A stretch of 47,211 bases of DNA from a virus. How positions within the stretch are numbered: the stretch's first letter is position 1; every line of letters begins with the position of its first letter. The notes under the pieces are model-generated. The model was not told where the DNA came from. It saw only the letters and a program-made list of their open reading frames with translations, and ran no database searches. The stretch spans positions 1 to 47,211 of the IMG/VR virus record IMGVR_UViG_3300045988_007086; one strand, 5' to 3'. This document shows, one piece after another, positions 7,495 through 18,200 of this stretch. A program made the position numbers and the translations under genes.

Positions 7495-8267
7495 CTGCCA
7501 CCTCCCAAAATCAGAATCTCATACGGCACACTTGCGAACGTCGCTGTGATTGTATTGGGCAGCGCAAACACTGCGCGTCCGCTGCTGTTGTATGCCACAC
7601 CGCCGTATGCGTACTTTTCCGCCTTTGCGCCGGTCGCGGTCATGGACATATACGCACTGAAATCTTCGCTGCAGAATGAACACACGACATTGTTTCCCGT
7701 GATCGTGCTTTTCGTGTAGACCAGCGCAAAGGACGGGGGACTTGCTTGGATCAGCTGCGTCTCCGCCTCGCTCAGCACCAGTGTTTTCTTGTCGATGGAT
7801 GCCTCCGCCGCCGTCATGGTCCTTTTGACGAGCACTGGGTACTGGACTCCCTTCACAAGCACCGACCCCAGCGCGTCATATGCCGCATCCTTCGTCACGG
7901 AGATATCCGAAGCGCCCGGTGTGACCGTCTTGCTCTGCAATTTCATTGCCTGAATGGTCTGTGCGCCCGCGAGATACTTCCCGGCGGGGATGGTCTGCGG
8001 CCGTGTGGACGGCGCATAGGCCGCCGCCGCGAGGCTTTCGATCTCACCCGTGACCTTTCCGCCGTTGACATACGCCGTGTACGGTTTGAGGATCTGTGCG
8101 GCGGTCGCCGTCGCATCGGAAATGTCCGGCCGCGGATCATAATGCCCGGCCTCCTCGGTCAGCTGCTCGATGGTTTTCTTTCCGGTAAACCCGAAGATCG
8201 TCCGCAGCGCCGACGCCAGCGCGTCGAGCTTGCTCTTTGTGACTACTACCTTATCGTTCTCAGCCAT
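7488..8267 (-). CDS. Virion structural protein, fibre/baseplate-associated (259 aa)
   Basis: ATG 8267. Lies between the two collagen-like genes and overlaps both neighbours. Confidence 0.7.
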   Translation of the reverse strand: MAENDKVVVTKSKLDALASALRTIFGFTGKKTIEQLTEEAGHYDPRPDISDATATAAQILKPYTAYVNGGKVTGEIESLAAAAYAPSTRPQTIPAGKYLAGAQTIQAMKLQSKTVTPGASDISVTKDAAYDALGSVLVKGVQYPVLVKRTMTAAEASIDKKTLVLSEAETQLIQASPPSFALVYTKSTITGNNVVCSFCSEDFSAYMSMTATGAKAEKYAYGGVAYNSSGRAVFALPNTITATFASVPYEILILGGGSW

Positions 8268-8856
8268 ATGTCGCCCCGTCTCCGTCCGGCAGCGCGGTCA
8301 ATACCGCCTGCACAAGCTCCGCCTTGTCGGCGGCCGTGAAATAATCCGTCCCCTTGACGGGCGTCTTGCCGTCCGCACCCTTCGCACCCGGGGCCCCTGT
8401 CTCGCCCGTAGCGCCCGCAGGCCCTTTGATGTTGACCGGCGTCGGATTCTCCAAGCCTCCGTCGTTCGTCCAGCTGATAACGCCCTCCGCGCTGACGGAC
8501 GGCGTGAACGTGTATCCGTTCTGCCCGCTCGTTCCGTCTCCTTCGGTCGTCAGCGCCCGGATGATGATGTTCCCGTTGCCGTCGTCCTCGACCACGGTCT
8601 GGAAGCTGTCTCCCTTCGGACCCGGACGGCCCTGCGGGCCGGTCGCGCCGTCCTTGCCGTCTGCGCCTGCGGGGCCTGGCGGCCCCTGCTTGCCCGTTGG
8701 GCCTGCCGGTCCCCGGATGTCTCCGAGATCAGCGGTGCTTCCGTCCGTCAGCGTAAAGATCAGATGCCCTTCGTCCGACACCGCCACAGCCTGGATGCCT
8801 CTGGAAATGAGGCCGTGGATCGTCACCATCACGCTTTCCGGAATTTCGATTTTCAT
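8260..8856 (-). CDS. Collagen-like (GXY repeat) fibre protein, 198 aa
   Basis: Two GXY runs: GPAGPTGKQGPPGPAGADGKDGATGPQGRPGPKGDS and GPAGATGETGAPGAKGADGKT. AAGGAGG upstream of ATG 8856. Confidence 0.85.
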   Translation of the reverse strand: MKIEIPESVMVTIHGLISRGIQAVAVSDEGHLIFTLTDGSTADLGDIRGPAGPTGKQGPPGPAGADGKDGATGPQGRPGPKGDSFQTVVEDDGNGNIIIRALTTEGDGTSGQNGYTFTPSVSAEGVISWTNDGGLENPTPVNIKGPAGATGETGAPGAKGADGKTPVKGTDYFTAADKAELVQAVLTALPDGDGATYG

Positions 8857-8868
8857 ACCCTCGCCTCC

Positions 8869-9225
8869 TTATTCCACACGCGCAATGTTCCCGCTCGCAA
8901 GCGTGGTACGGTTGCCGTGCGTGTATAAAATGTCGTACCGGTAGATTCCGCGCGGGAACTTGGCCGTCACCTCGTCCGTGAACGCCAGCGTTACCGTGTT
9001 CTCGTCCGCTCCGGTGAAGGAGAATTCCTGCACGGCCTTCTTTGTCCAGTCGTAGAATGTGACCTTGATCTTGTCCGTCTGCCCGATGGCCACGTCCGCG
9101 CCGTCCTGGTCCTCCAGCTCCAGCCGGAGCCGGAGGGAGAACGTATCTCCCTCATACCAGCAAATGCACCCGTTCGCAATGCGCGGGCTGACCCGCGCGC
9201 CGGGGATCGTGTTTGCCGCACTCAT
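8869..9225 (-). CDS. Hypothetical virion protein (118 aa)
   Basis: Trimmed to ATG 9225, which forms an ATGA overlap with the stop of the giant gene. Confidence 0.7.
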   Translation of the reverse strand: MSAANTIPGARVSPRIANGCICWYEGDTFSLRLRLELEDQDGADVAIGQTDKIKVTFYDWTKKAVQEFSFTGADENTVTLAFTDEVTAKFPRGIYRYDILYTHGNRTTLASGNIARVE

Positions 9226-12200
9226 TTCTTGTCTCCTTTCCTTTTGTTGGCCTCCCGCCGCCACTTGATGATGTTGTCCCGCGCCTTATCCGCATCGCCT
9301 CCGATAGCCTTGTACGCGCTGATGTAGGCATTCTTGAGCCGTGTCGCCTCGTCGCCGGTCGCCGCCAGCCACGCTTCCTTGAAGTGTTTTGTGAGCTGAG
9401 AGGACAGGTCGCCCTTGTCCACACCGTGCTTCATATACTCCTTGGCAACCTTCCGCGTATCGGCCAGCACGCCCTTGTCCACTGCGTCGAGGAACTGTCC
9501 GTACTTCTTCCAGCCCTCGCCGCCCTTCCACTCTTCGAGCGTCCAGTAAACGTCGTGTTCATCCTCCGCCCCGCAGTACTTTTGCAGATAGTCGGATACC
9601 TCGCTCTCTGGCATGGAGCCGCCCAAATAGTCCTCCTTGAGCTGACTTTTCAGGTCACTCTTCACGGCCTTTTCCGCATCCTCCTGCGCCTTTCCGTCCG
9701 CCACCTTCGCGCTGACGGCGTTCTGGTAAAAAGCATCCCATGTATCGCCGCCCGCTTTCAGCGCCTCCCTGTACCCGCTCCAAGGTTCAAATCCCGTTGC
9801 TGAGTAGTTTGCCGCCAGCAATGCCGACTTCTGACTCCCGGTCAACTCCATGCCGTCGAGGATACCCATCGCTTCGTCGCGCTTACTTCCGGAAATCGTC
9901 TTTCCGTCCGCGTCCTTCTCGCCCTCCACGTTCGCAGCCATCACTGAGTAGGCAATGCTTGCCGATTCCGGAACGCCGTTGTCGGCGAGTTTCTTAAACT
10001 TCTCAACATATGCGTCCGCTTCATAATCGTCGAACAGTACGCCCTTTGCCTGTTCCGCCGCATAGTCGTAGAGCTTCGCAAGCATTTTCGCCTGCTGATC
10101 GTCGCCCGCGCTCTGGAATGCATCAGACTGCACAAGTTCATTGAGGCTGTTTCTGACTGCCTCGCTCCACACCATGTCATATGTCTGCTTCTGATATGCC
10201 TTAAGCTCACGCTTTTCGTCGTGGATATTGACGGAGGACGGCGTGTCCGCCGGGGCCGCGTTCGCGTATCCTGCCTCGTACAGTCTTGCCACTGCCTGCA
10301 CGGCTTCGCTGCTCACATCTACATCCCGCACCTGAAACACGTGCTGCACACGCATCCGCAGCGCGTCTCCCGTCAGCCCTTTCAGCAGATTCCTGTTCGC
10401 CGTCTGCATTGCATCGTCATACGCCGTTCCAAGCGCAGGGGATACCGTCTTGACCGTCCCGAGAATATACGTCTCCAGATTGTTTGCCGGAAGCGAAAAC
10501 CCATATGTGGCGATCTCCTTTGCCAGATTCCGGATGTCTCCGAGCATATCGTTCCCGTACCGTTTCAGGTAAAGTGTCAAATCTCCCTTGTTCTTAATCA
10601 GGTCTGCTCCGTCCGTCACGAACTTGTTGATGTTTTTCCCGTGCGTGTCTATCAGCTCCAGCACTTTGTTGAGCTGCTCCACGCTCTGCGAGTTGAAAAT
10701 GTCATAGAATCGCTCTCCCGACAATGTGCCGCCGATCAGTTCCACGACCTCTTCTCCGCCAATCGACGCGGCTCCCGCGATGCTGGAAAGCAGATCCTCT
10801 CCCATGCCTTTCAGTACGCTCAGCGCCGTCAGGTTCCCGTCGTCGTCTCTGTATTTCTTGTCTCTGTGCTTCAATAGCGCCATGAGGAACGTTACCGCCG
10901 TAGACCATATATAGCCGCCCGCTGCGGAAACGAACGCCTGCCCGACGCGGCGGTTTGCGCGGCGCTGCACTTCGATGGATGCTCCGCTGCGCTTGTAGTA
11001 CTGCGCCTCTCCGATCGCCTGACGTACCGTGTTGTATACCTGCGCCGAGTCCGAACGGAACATGGTGACTGCTTTCGCCAGCGCATTCTTGCTCTTGCGC
11101 AGCCTGCCTTGGTGCATTTCATCGGATGTAGACTGGCTTCGCGCCACAGCGTCGTTGAAGCGCTCTGCGACCTTCTGATAAAACGGGCTTTGCCCTGCGT
11201 CGATCTGTTCCTGCGTCCCGATTTCCAGCTCCGGGTTTTCTCTTCGCACGGCGTTTTCTGCCCACGGCCACAGCGTGCTTGCTGCCCATCCGTCCATGGC
11301 TGTGATCGCGCCGCCTCCGAACGCAAAGTTCAACACTTTGTTGTTCTGAATCTTTGTCGGATGATCCTTGAGCTGCTTTGTCTCCGGCGTCGCGTAGCCC
11401 ATGAGCCGGTAATCGAGCATCTTGGTATACTTTGAGATCAGCGTTCTGTCGATCTGTGCGATTTGCTTCGGGCTTGGCGTGTTCTCCGCGCCGAGATAAG
11501 CCGCTGCCAGGGGAATGGAGCCTGCCTGCTTGAACACGATAGACGGATTGAATCCGAACGTCGCCGCAATGTAGTTGCTGAATATCTTGTCTGCGGCAGT
11601 CGTTACAAAGTCCTGTTCACTGCTTCCGCCCGCCTCCAGCTTTGTAAGCTGATCCATGATGTATTTTTCTGTTACCTCGCCCCATTTCCCGTCGATCACG
11701 GTTTTCATGGATGTCGTGCTTCCGCGCCAGTTGAGCAGTGTTTTCCAGTTCCGCGCCGGGATCGCCATTCCTACGAAGCGTGACGTCTGGCTGACGTTCC
11801 GCTCGAAAGCGTCGTAAGCGCCGATGTTGTATGTCGGATTCTTGGACACCTGCCGCGTCTTGAGGTTTCCGACGCCCTCTGCCGTCGCGTCATAGATTCC
11901 CGGCTCACTCTTCGTGAAGCTGCTGTTCGTGAAGATCGGCGCATAGTTTTTCCCCATGGCCTTGTCGTATCCATACAGAATGTTAGATACACGGTTGATC
12001 TCGCTCTTTGCGTATCCGTTGTAATACCTGTCCAGCACGTCCGCCAGCGCCTTTTCCTCAACGGTCAGGTCGGAAACGATCGCCTTTACCGTCTCCGGCG
12101 CAAGCTTGACCGTAGTCCCTTGCGCGAACGCCTCCTGCCGCTTTCCCTTGCTGTAAAGCTCCCGGTTTGCGAATGTGCGGCCGCCCGCCATGTGGCGGAG

Positions 12201-15200
12201 ATTATCGTAGTTCCTGCTTTCCAGATACATGTGTACCTTCTGTGCTGGTGTCATGTATACCGTGACGGTTTTCCCGAAGATCGGTTTGTCTCCCATGCCC
12301 AGCTCCAGCAGCTCCGGCACCTTGATCTCGTACCAGATCGCATCCTTGCCCTGTCCATCCGACCGCATGACCCATTCCCGGTTTTTCTGCATGAAGTCCT
12401 TCAAGATCTGTGCCGCCGTGACCTGATACGACTGCGCATCGCGTTCGCCCTTCTCCAGCTGCTTCGCCATGCCGTACCATGTGCTGTTGGGATTCCACCC
12501 CGCCATGCGTTCCAGCACGTTCATGGTGCTCAGCTGCTCCATGTTCATAAATCGATCTGTCAGTTTTCCCGTGTATCCGCCCGCTGCGCTGTTGATCTCC
12601 CGCACCGAATCTGCATAAACGTCCTCGAATATGCGCTCTTCCGCGTCCCCAAGCACCCGGTTCCGGTTCGCAAACTCTGTCCGCAGCTCTACCGCCGCCT
12701 GATACAGCTTTCCCAGCGCGTCCAGATCCATGTCCCCGATCTTTCTCGCGTCCAGTCTCGTTACGATGCGCTCAAGCTCCTTTGACGGTAGGAAGTTCGG
12801 GTCGTTTGCTTTCGCATCCTGGTACATCTGCGCCAAATCCCGCCACGTCGCGTTGTACTTTCCAGACCACTGCATTTCGTTTGCAGTGCCGACGGCGTAA
12901 AGATCAATATCACTCAGCACCTCGTCGAACTGCTCACGCAGCTCCTCCGGCGCACGGAAGCGATTCTTGTTGAGCCATTGCAGTGTCTTGAGCGTCTTCT
13001 TCTGAAGCTCCTGAAGCTCCCTTCGCGCCTTCTGCCGCGCGGCCATATCCTTTCGGTCTTGCCGTTCCAGCGCCCTGCGGTTTGCCTCTCTGGCCTTCTC
13101 GCGCTGTATCCTCTCGTCGATCCGCGCCTCCATCGCGTCAATAAGCTTTCCCTTGCTCTTGGCGAGTGCGGCATCCTTCTTCTGCAGCCGTTCATCCGTG
13201 CGGGCCTCCATCGCTTCAATGAGCTTCTGCCTGCTTCTGTCCGTCGCTGCGTCTTTCTTCTGTAGCCGTTCATCCGTGCGGGCCTCCATGGCCTCGATCA
13301 CGCCCGCATTGTTCTGCGATCTCTGCGCATTGCGTTGTGCCGATCTGTCCCGTTCTGCCTCAATGGCCGCCGTCTTGTCGCCCCGAAGCTTCACCTCAAG
13401 CTTTGCCTTTTCGGCGAAAGTCCGCATCGCCCAGTCCAGCTGCCGCTCCATGTTTTCAAGGATCGCATCGTCCGATACAAAATCCTTTCCGGCCAGCGCC
13501 TGCGCGTACTCAGACAGGCTCAGATTCTGATCCTGCGCTTCCTCCGCTGCCTGCACGATCTGCTCCAGCTTTTGCCTCTGGCTCCCGCCGGTCTCGCTGA
13601 ACGTGTCAGGTGCCGCCTCAGACAGTGCCTGTGTCCACGCTTCGGCGCTCCGGTCTGCGGTGCTGTCTGTGAGATAGATCCCGGCCTCGAACGCTCGTTT
13701 GCGGAAGTCGTTCCATTCGCTTCCGAATTCCCGCCTCGCGCGTTCGCTGACATAGAGCCGCCCATCTCCCACGATATCCGGCACAGCGTCCGGCTGCTGC
13801 CGCAGGCTCTCCATCATCGCCCCGGAGGAATAAAGCCTGGCGAGGAACACATCGCGGTCTGTCTGCGTCAGCTCTCCGTTTGTGTAAATGCGGTCTGCAA
13901 AATAATCGATCACGCGTCCAACATCCGTCCGCTGTGTTTTCGATACGGAGAACATTTTGAACAGCGTGCTTTTCAGCTCCCGCTGTGCAATGGTCGGTAG
14001 ATTGACCCGTTCCGACCGCCTCTTGTCCTCCTGACCGTCAGCCGCCTCTGTAACCGAAAATTTTTCTTGACTTTTCTGCTCTGTTCTGCGTATACTGGGT
14101 TCAGAGACGGATGCAGTGTTTCTGTTGGTTCCCGGTGACGGGTTCTCAGCTTTCGCTGCATCGGTCTCTTTTTCTGTGAAAGAGGTTGGCTGCAGATTTA
14201 GAATGTCGTACAGCAACATGCTTCCGCTTTCCCGTGTGCCTACTACCACTTCCGCCGTGTAGCCGTTTCCACCCACGCGCAGCAGCACATTGCCTCTCGC
14301 AAAGTCTGCGATTTTGTCCTTGCGTGGATGGTTCAGCCCTTCGTTCACCCAGTCCGTTGTTGCGCGCAGGATTTCGTCTGCATTGTCCGTGGCGCGCAGT
14401 TTGTCCGCCCGCAGCTGCGGGTCGTTGTTGTAGAGCCACTGCATATACCGCGAGAATGTCATCTCCTGACGGCTCTGATAGTCAATATTGATCTCGTTGT
14501 TCCCCACAGTGATGCCGTTGGGGAACTTTTTCTTCAGGTTCTCCTTGATGGTCTTCACCCAGTCCGCTTCCGGCACGCCCGCGAGGATGTCCTGTTCCAC
14601 CTCCACGAACGGCTTGTTGTCCGTGGTCTTTCCGATGCTATACTTCTCCGGCGGGCCTCGTGTCCCGCCGGTTTTTTCCGCCGTCTGAGCTGTCGTTCGC
14701 AGCTCTGCCGCCTCCCGGACGGTCTGCTGATACTGCTCCGCGTGGGTGCCGAATGCGTTGATTCCCGCATAAGCGTCCGCATAGATCTCTTCCTTGATGG
14801 CATTCAGCGCTTCGTCGAATTCCGCGTCCGTCCCCTCTGTCGGCACGTCATTGACACCGCGCCGGGAACGAATGTATGTCTCGACGATTTGGTCAAATTC
14901 TTCCTCGCTGAACGTATCCCGAATGTGCTGTTCGATCTGCGCATTCAGTCCCGGCGTGTTGTCTGCGATCCAGTGGTATGTCTCATGAGATGCCAGTTGG
15001 TCAATAGTCGCCCGAAGGTTGTCCGCCTGAACGATGATCCTGTCTCCGGTGAACACCGCCGCTGCGCGCGCTGTGCCGCCGTTTGACGTTCTGACCTGCA
15101 AAGGCCCGAGCACATATGTCGTCTCAAGTCCTGTCCGTTGCTTGACTCTCGCCGCAGTCTCTTTCATGCCTGCATCCCAATTTTCCCGCATAAAAACCGT

Positions 15201-18200
15201 GTTGCCGCGATAGCCCGTCCCACGGCTCACCCCAAGCTCGACGGTGCTTACTTTCGGGAGCCGAAGATCTCTTGCACGATTCTGTCTTTCAACTGCTGTT
15301 CTGCTTTGCTGAGCGGCCGCGTTTGTTTTTCCTGTCCTGCCTGCCACTGCTCCAAACGGCTTTCCGGCACGTCGATCAGACTCCCGTCTCGATCCTCCAT
15401 CAGGTACGACGTTTTCTTGCTGCTCTTCAAGTCTTACCGCTCCTTTCTTGTTTGTCTCCTGCACCGGTGCTTCTTCCTGTGTCGCGGTCTGTTCGGCCTG
15501 CTTTGGCCCCGGAAGCGTCGTCTCCCGTGCCAGCTCTTCTGTCTCCTGAACCGCCTGACTTGCCGCCTGTGCAGGTGCCGGCTTCGGTGCTTCTGCTTCC
15601 TGCGTGATCTGCTGTTGCTCCGCTCTTGAAGGCTTCTGCATTTGCTGCGTTTCTGTGCCGCCCGGGATCAGCTCCAGCGCCGCTTGGATCGCTTCCAGCG
15701 TTGCGTCTCGCGTGTATCCGCTCAGCTCCGTGCTTGCCTTTGCCTGCGCCGCTTCGAATATCTCCCGTGTTTCCTGTGTCAGGATGCGCGCTTCTTCCTC
15801 GTTCTCTACAGTCAGTGTACTCAAGTACGAGTTTATAAACCGACTGTTTAGCCAGTTCATCATATAAGCAATGTCCACCGCAGTCCCACTGTTGATCCCG
15901 TATCTGTCTGTATAGTCCCGCTCTATCTGCTTTGTTCTTTTTGCAAACTGCTCGTTTGCGTTGCTCCAGCTTCCAAATATCTCGTCTCTTCGTTCCGGCT
16001 CCAGTGAAAACACTCTGTCTTTTTTTGCTTGCGCCTGCTCGTATTTTGTGAGCTGTGGTTCCTTGTTGAAGTCGATTTCCCGCGTCTCTGCTCGCCGTCC
16101 GGCGTCTGCTTGCGTTCTCTTCCCGGTCTGCGTCTGTACATTCTGTACTTCCTGCACGGCCTGTGTGGTCTGCGCCGGTGTCTGCTGCTGCCTTTCCGCT
16201 TCCTGAACGGCCTGTGCGGGTGCTTGCTGGCGGGCCTCTCTTGCCGCCTGCCGCGCATCCCGCTCATCCGCATACTGGTTGTACGTCTGAAAAGCCGCCT
16301 CGGCCTGCGCGGCCTGATCGGCTTTGACCGCCGAATTCACAACTGCCTGCACCTCTGCCGTCTCCGGCATCTGACCGGCCTTTACCTTGTCCATGACCGC
16401 CTGCGCAGCCTCTGCGGTCGCCTGATCCCCGCGCTCCTTTGCCATCGACTCCACTGCGTCCATGACCTGTCCGATCACGTTCAGCTGTTTGCCCCTGTTG
16501 CGTGCCTCCACGGCCTTGTTCGTTCCTGCGTATGCTCCGGACATGGCAAGACCGGAAATGCCGCCCGCGAGGAACGAAAGCCCGTCCTCTTTCAGCATGT
16601 CTCCCAGCGTCAGCGCAAGCGCCTTTTCCTTTGTATTGCCCTTTGAAAGATACTCCGCATACGCGCCCATGACCTCGCCCCGGTCGTGCTTTGCCACAAC
16701 GTCGTAGATTCGGTTGAGCCAGTTGGAGGCGATCTCTTCCGCGCCCTCGGACGCGAACGCCCGCATCACTTTCTTCCACACCTGCTTTCCGCTGAGCATG
16801 GTCTTGATCTTGTCGCCCACAGAGTATTTCTCCGTTAAGCCCTCGATTGCGCCCTCAACAATGCCGTCAATAAGCGCCTCCTGATTGGATTTGCCGCTCT
16901 GAATTCCCGCATACACGGAATCCGCCGCGACCTGCGACCCCATCACCCAGTTCATCGTCTCTGCCACCGCCGAGGACGCCGCTTCTCCGCTGAGTCCCGT
17001 CGTTCCGACGATTGCGGTCGATGCGGCCATGTTGACCGCGCTGTCCAGCGCGGATGTTCCTGCCTGATACAAAAACTGTCCGACCGGCCCCATGCCCTCC
17101 ATGACGCCGCTGCGGATGCCGCTCGACTCGTGCGTTGCGAAATACAGTGGGCTGTAGATGTTTGTCGGCATGTCCTCGTTCTGGTATCCGCCGAGCCACT
17201 TCGGCAGAATGCCGCGAAGCGATTCGATGTTTCCGAGTGCCTTGAACGGGGCGAGCAGGGAAGAAGCGACGGTCGATGTGACCGGCGCGTCTTGGCCGAA
17301 CTTCCGCGCGCTTTGCGACCGCTTCTGGTAATCCTCGAAGTCCTCCAGATACTTTTCGTATTCTGCCAGCCGTTTGATCTGATCGTATGAGTATCCCTTC
17401 TGCCGAAGCTTCCATTCTGCTCCTTCGTTGTCTGCCAGGTATCCGGTCTTGTTGTATTCCCGCAGAAGCTCCCGTGTCTCCTCATCCAGCGCGCCGATCG
17501 TGTTCTCCGCCTGCCCCAGTGCGCGTGCGGAATCCAGCGCCGCTTTTCTGGTCTCCAGCGTGTCGATCTCGCTCTGTATGTCCCTGACCCCTCGAGCCTG
17601 CCTGCGCGTCCCGTTCTCATCGGTGTACCAAGCCGTCCCGTTCTCGTCAAACTGATAGTCTCGGAAATGCTCGTCGGATTTCTGCTCATATAGCTGATCC
17701 AGTTGCTTCTGTATCTCTGCCGAAGTCCGCTTCATGCCGCGCAGCTGATCCGGAAGGACCGTCTCCCTGTATCGCTTTTCCTGCTCCGCAGCCCGTCTTT
17801 CCAGCTCCCCGTCGAACTGATTCAGACCGATCAGGCGGCTATAGTCCTGCCCGGCATTCGTCGCCGCCTGCTGGGCCGCCGTTCCGGTCTGCACCTTGCG
17901 CTGAAACTGTAGATACTTCTGAATATCCTGTGCCGCCTGTACGCGCGGCTGCATATCCCCGTCGAGCTGATTCAGGCCGAGCATGCGGCTGTAGTCCCGC
18001 TTCTGGCTTCCGCCCGCCTGCTGGGCAGCCGTGCCGACGGATACCCTGCGTGGGAATTCCGTCTGCTTCTGGTACTCCGCGACATACTGCTTGTACTGCT
18101 GATACGCTGCCTCATAGCTCTGCGGCGTCGCTTTCTTGGTGTTCGTCCGGTAATCCGGATTATACGGGCCGTTCGTGACGTTCTGCCTGCCGCCGCTTGC

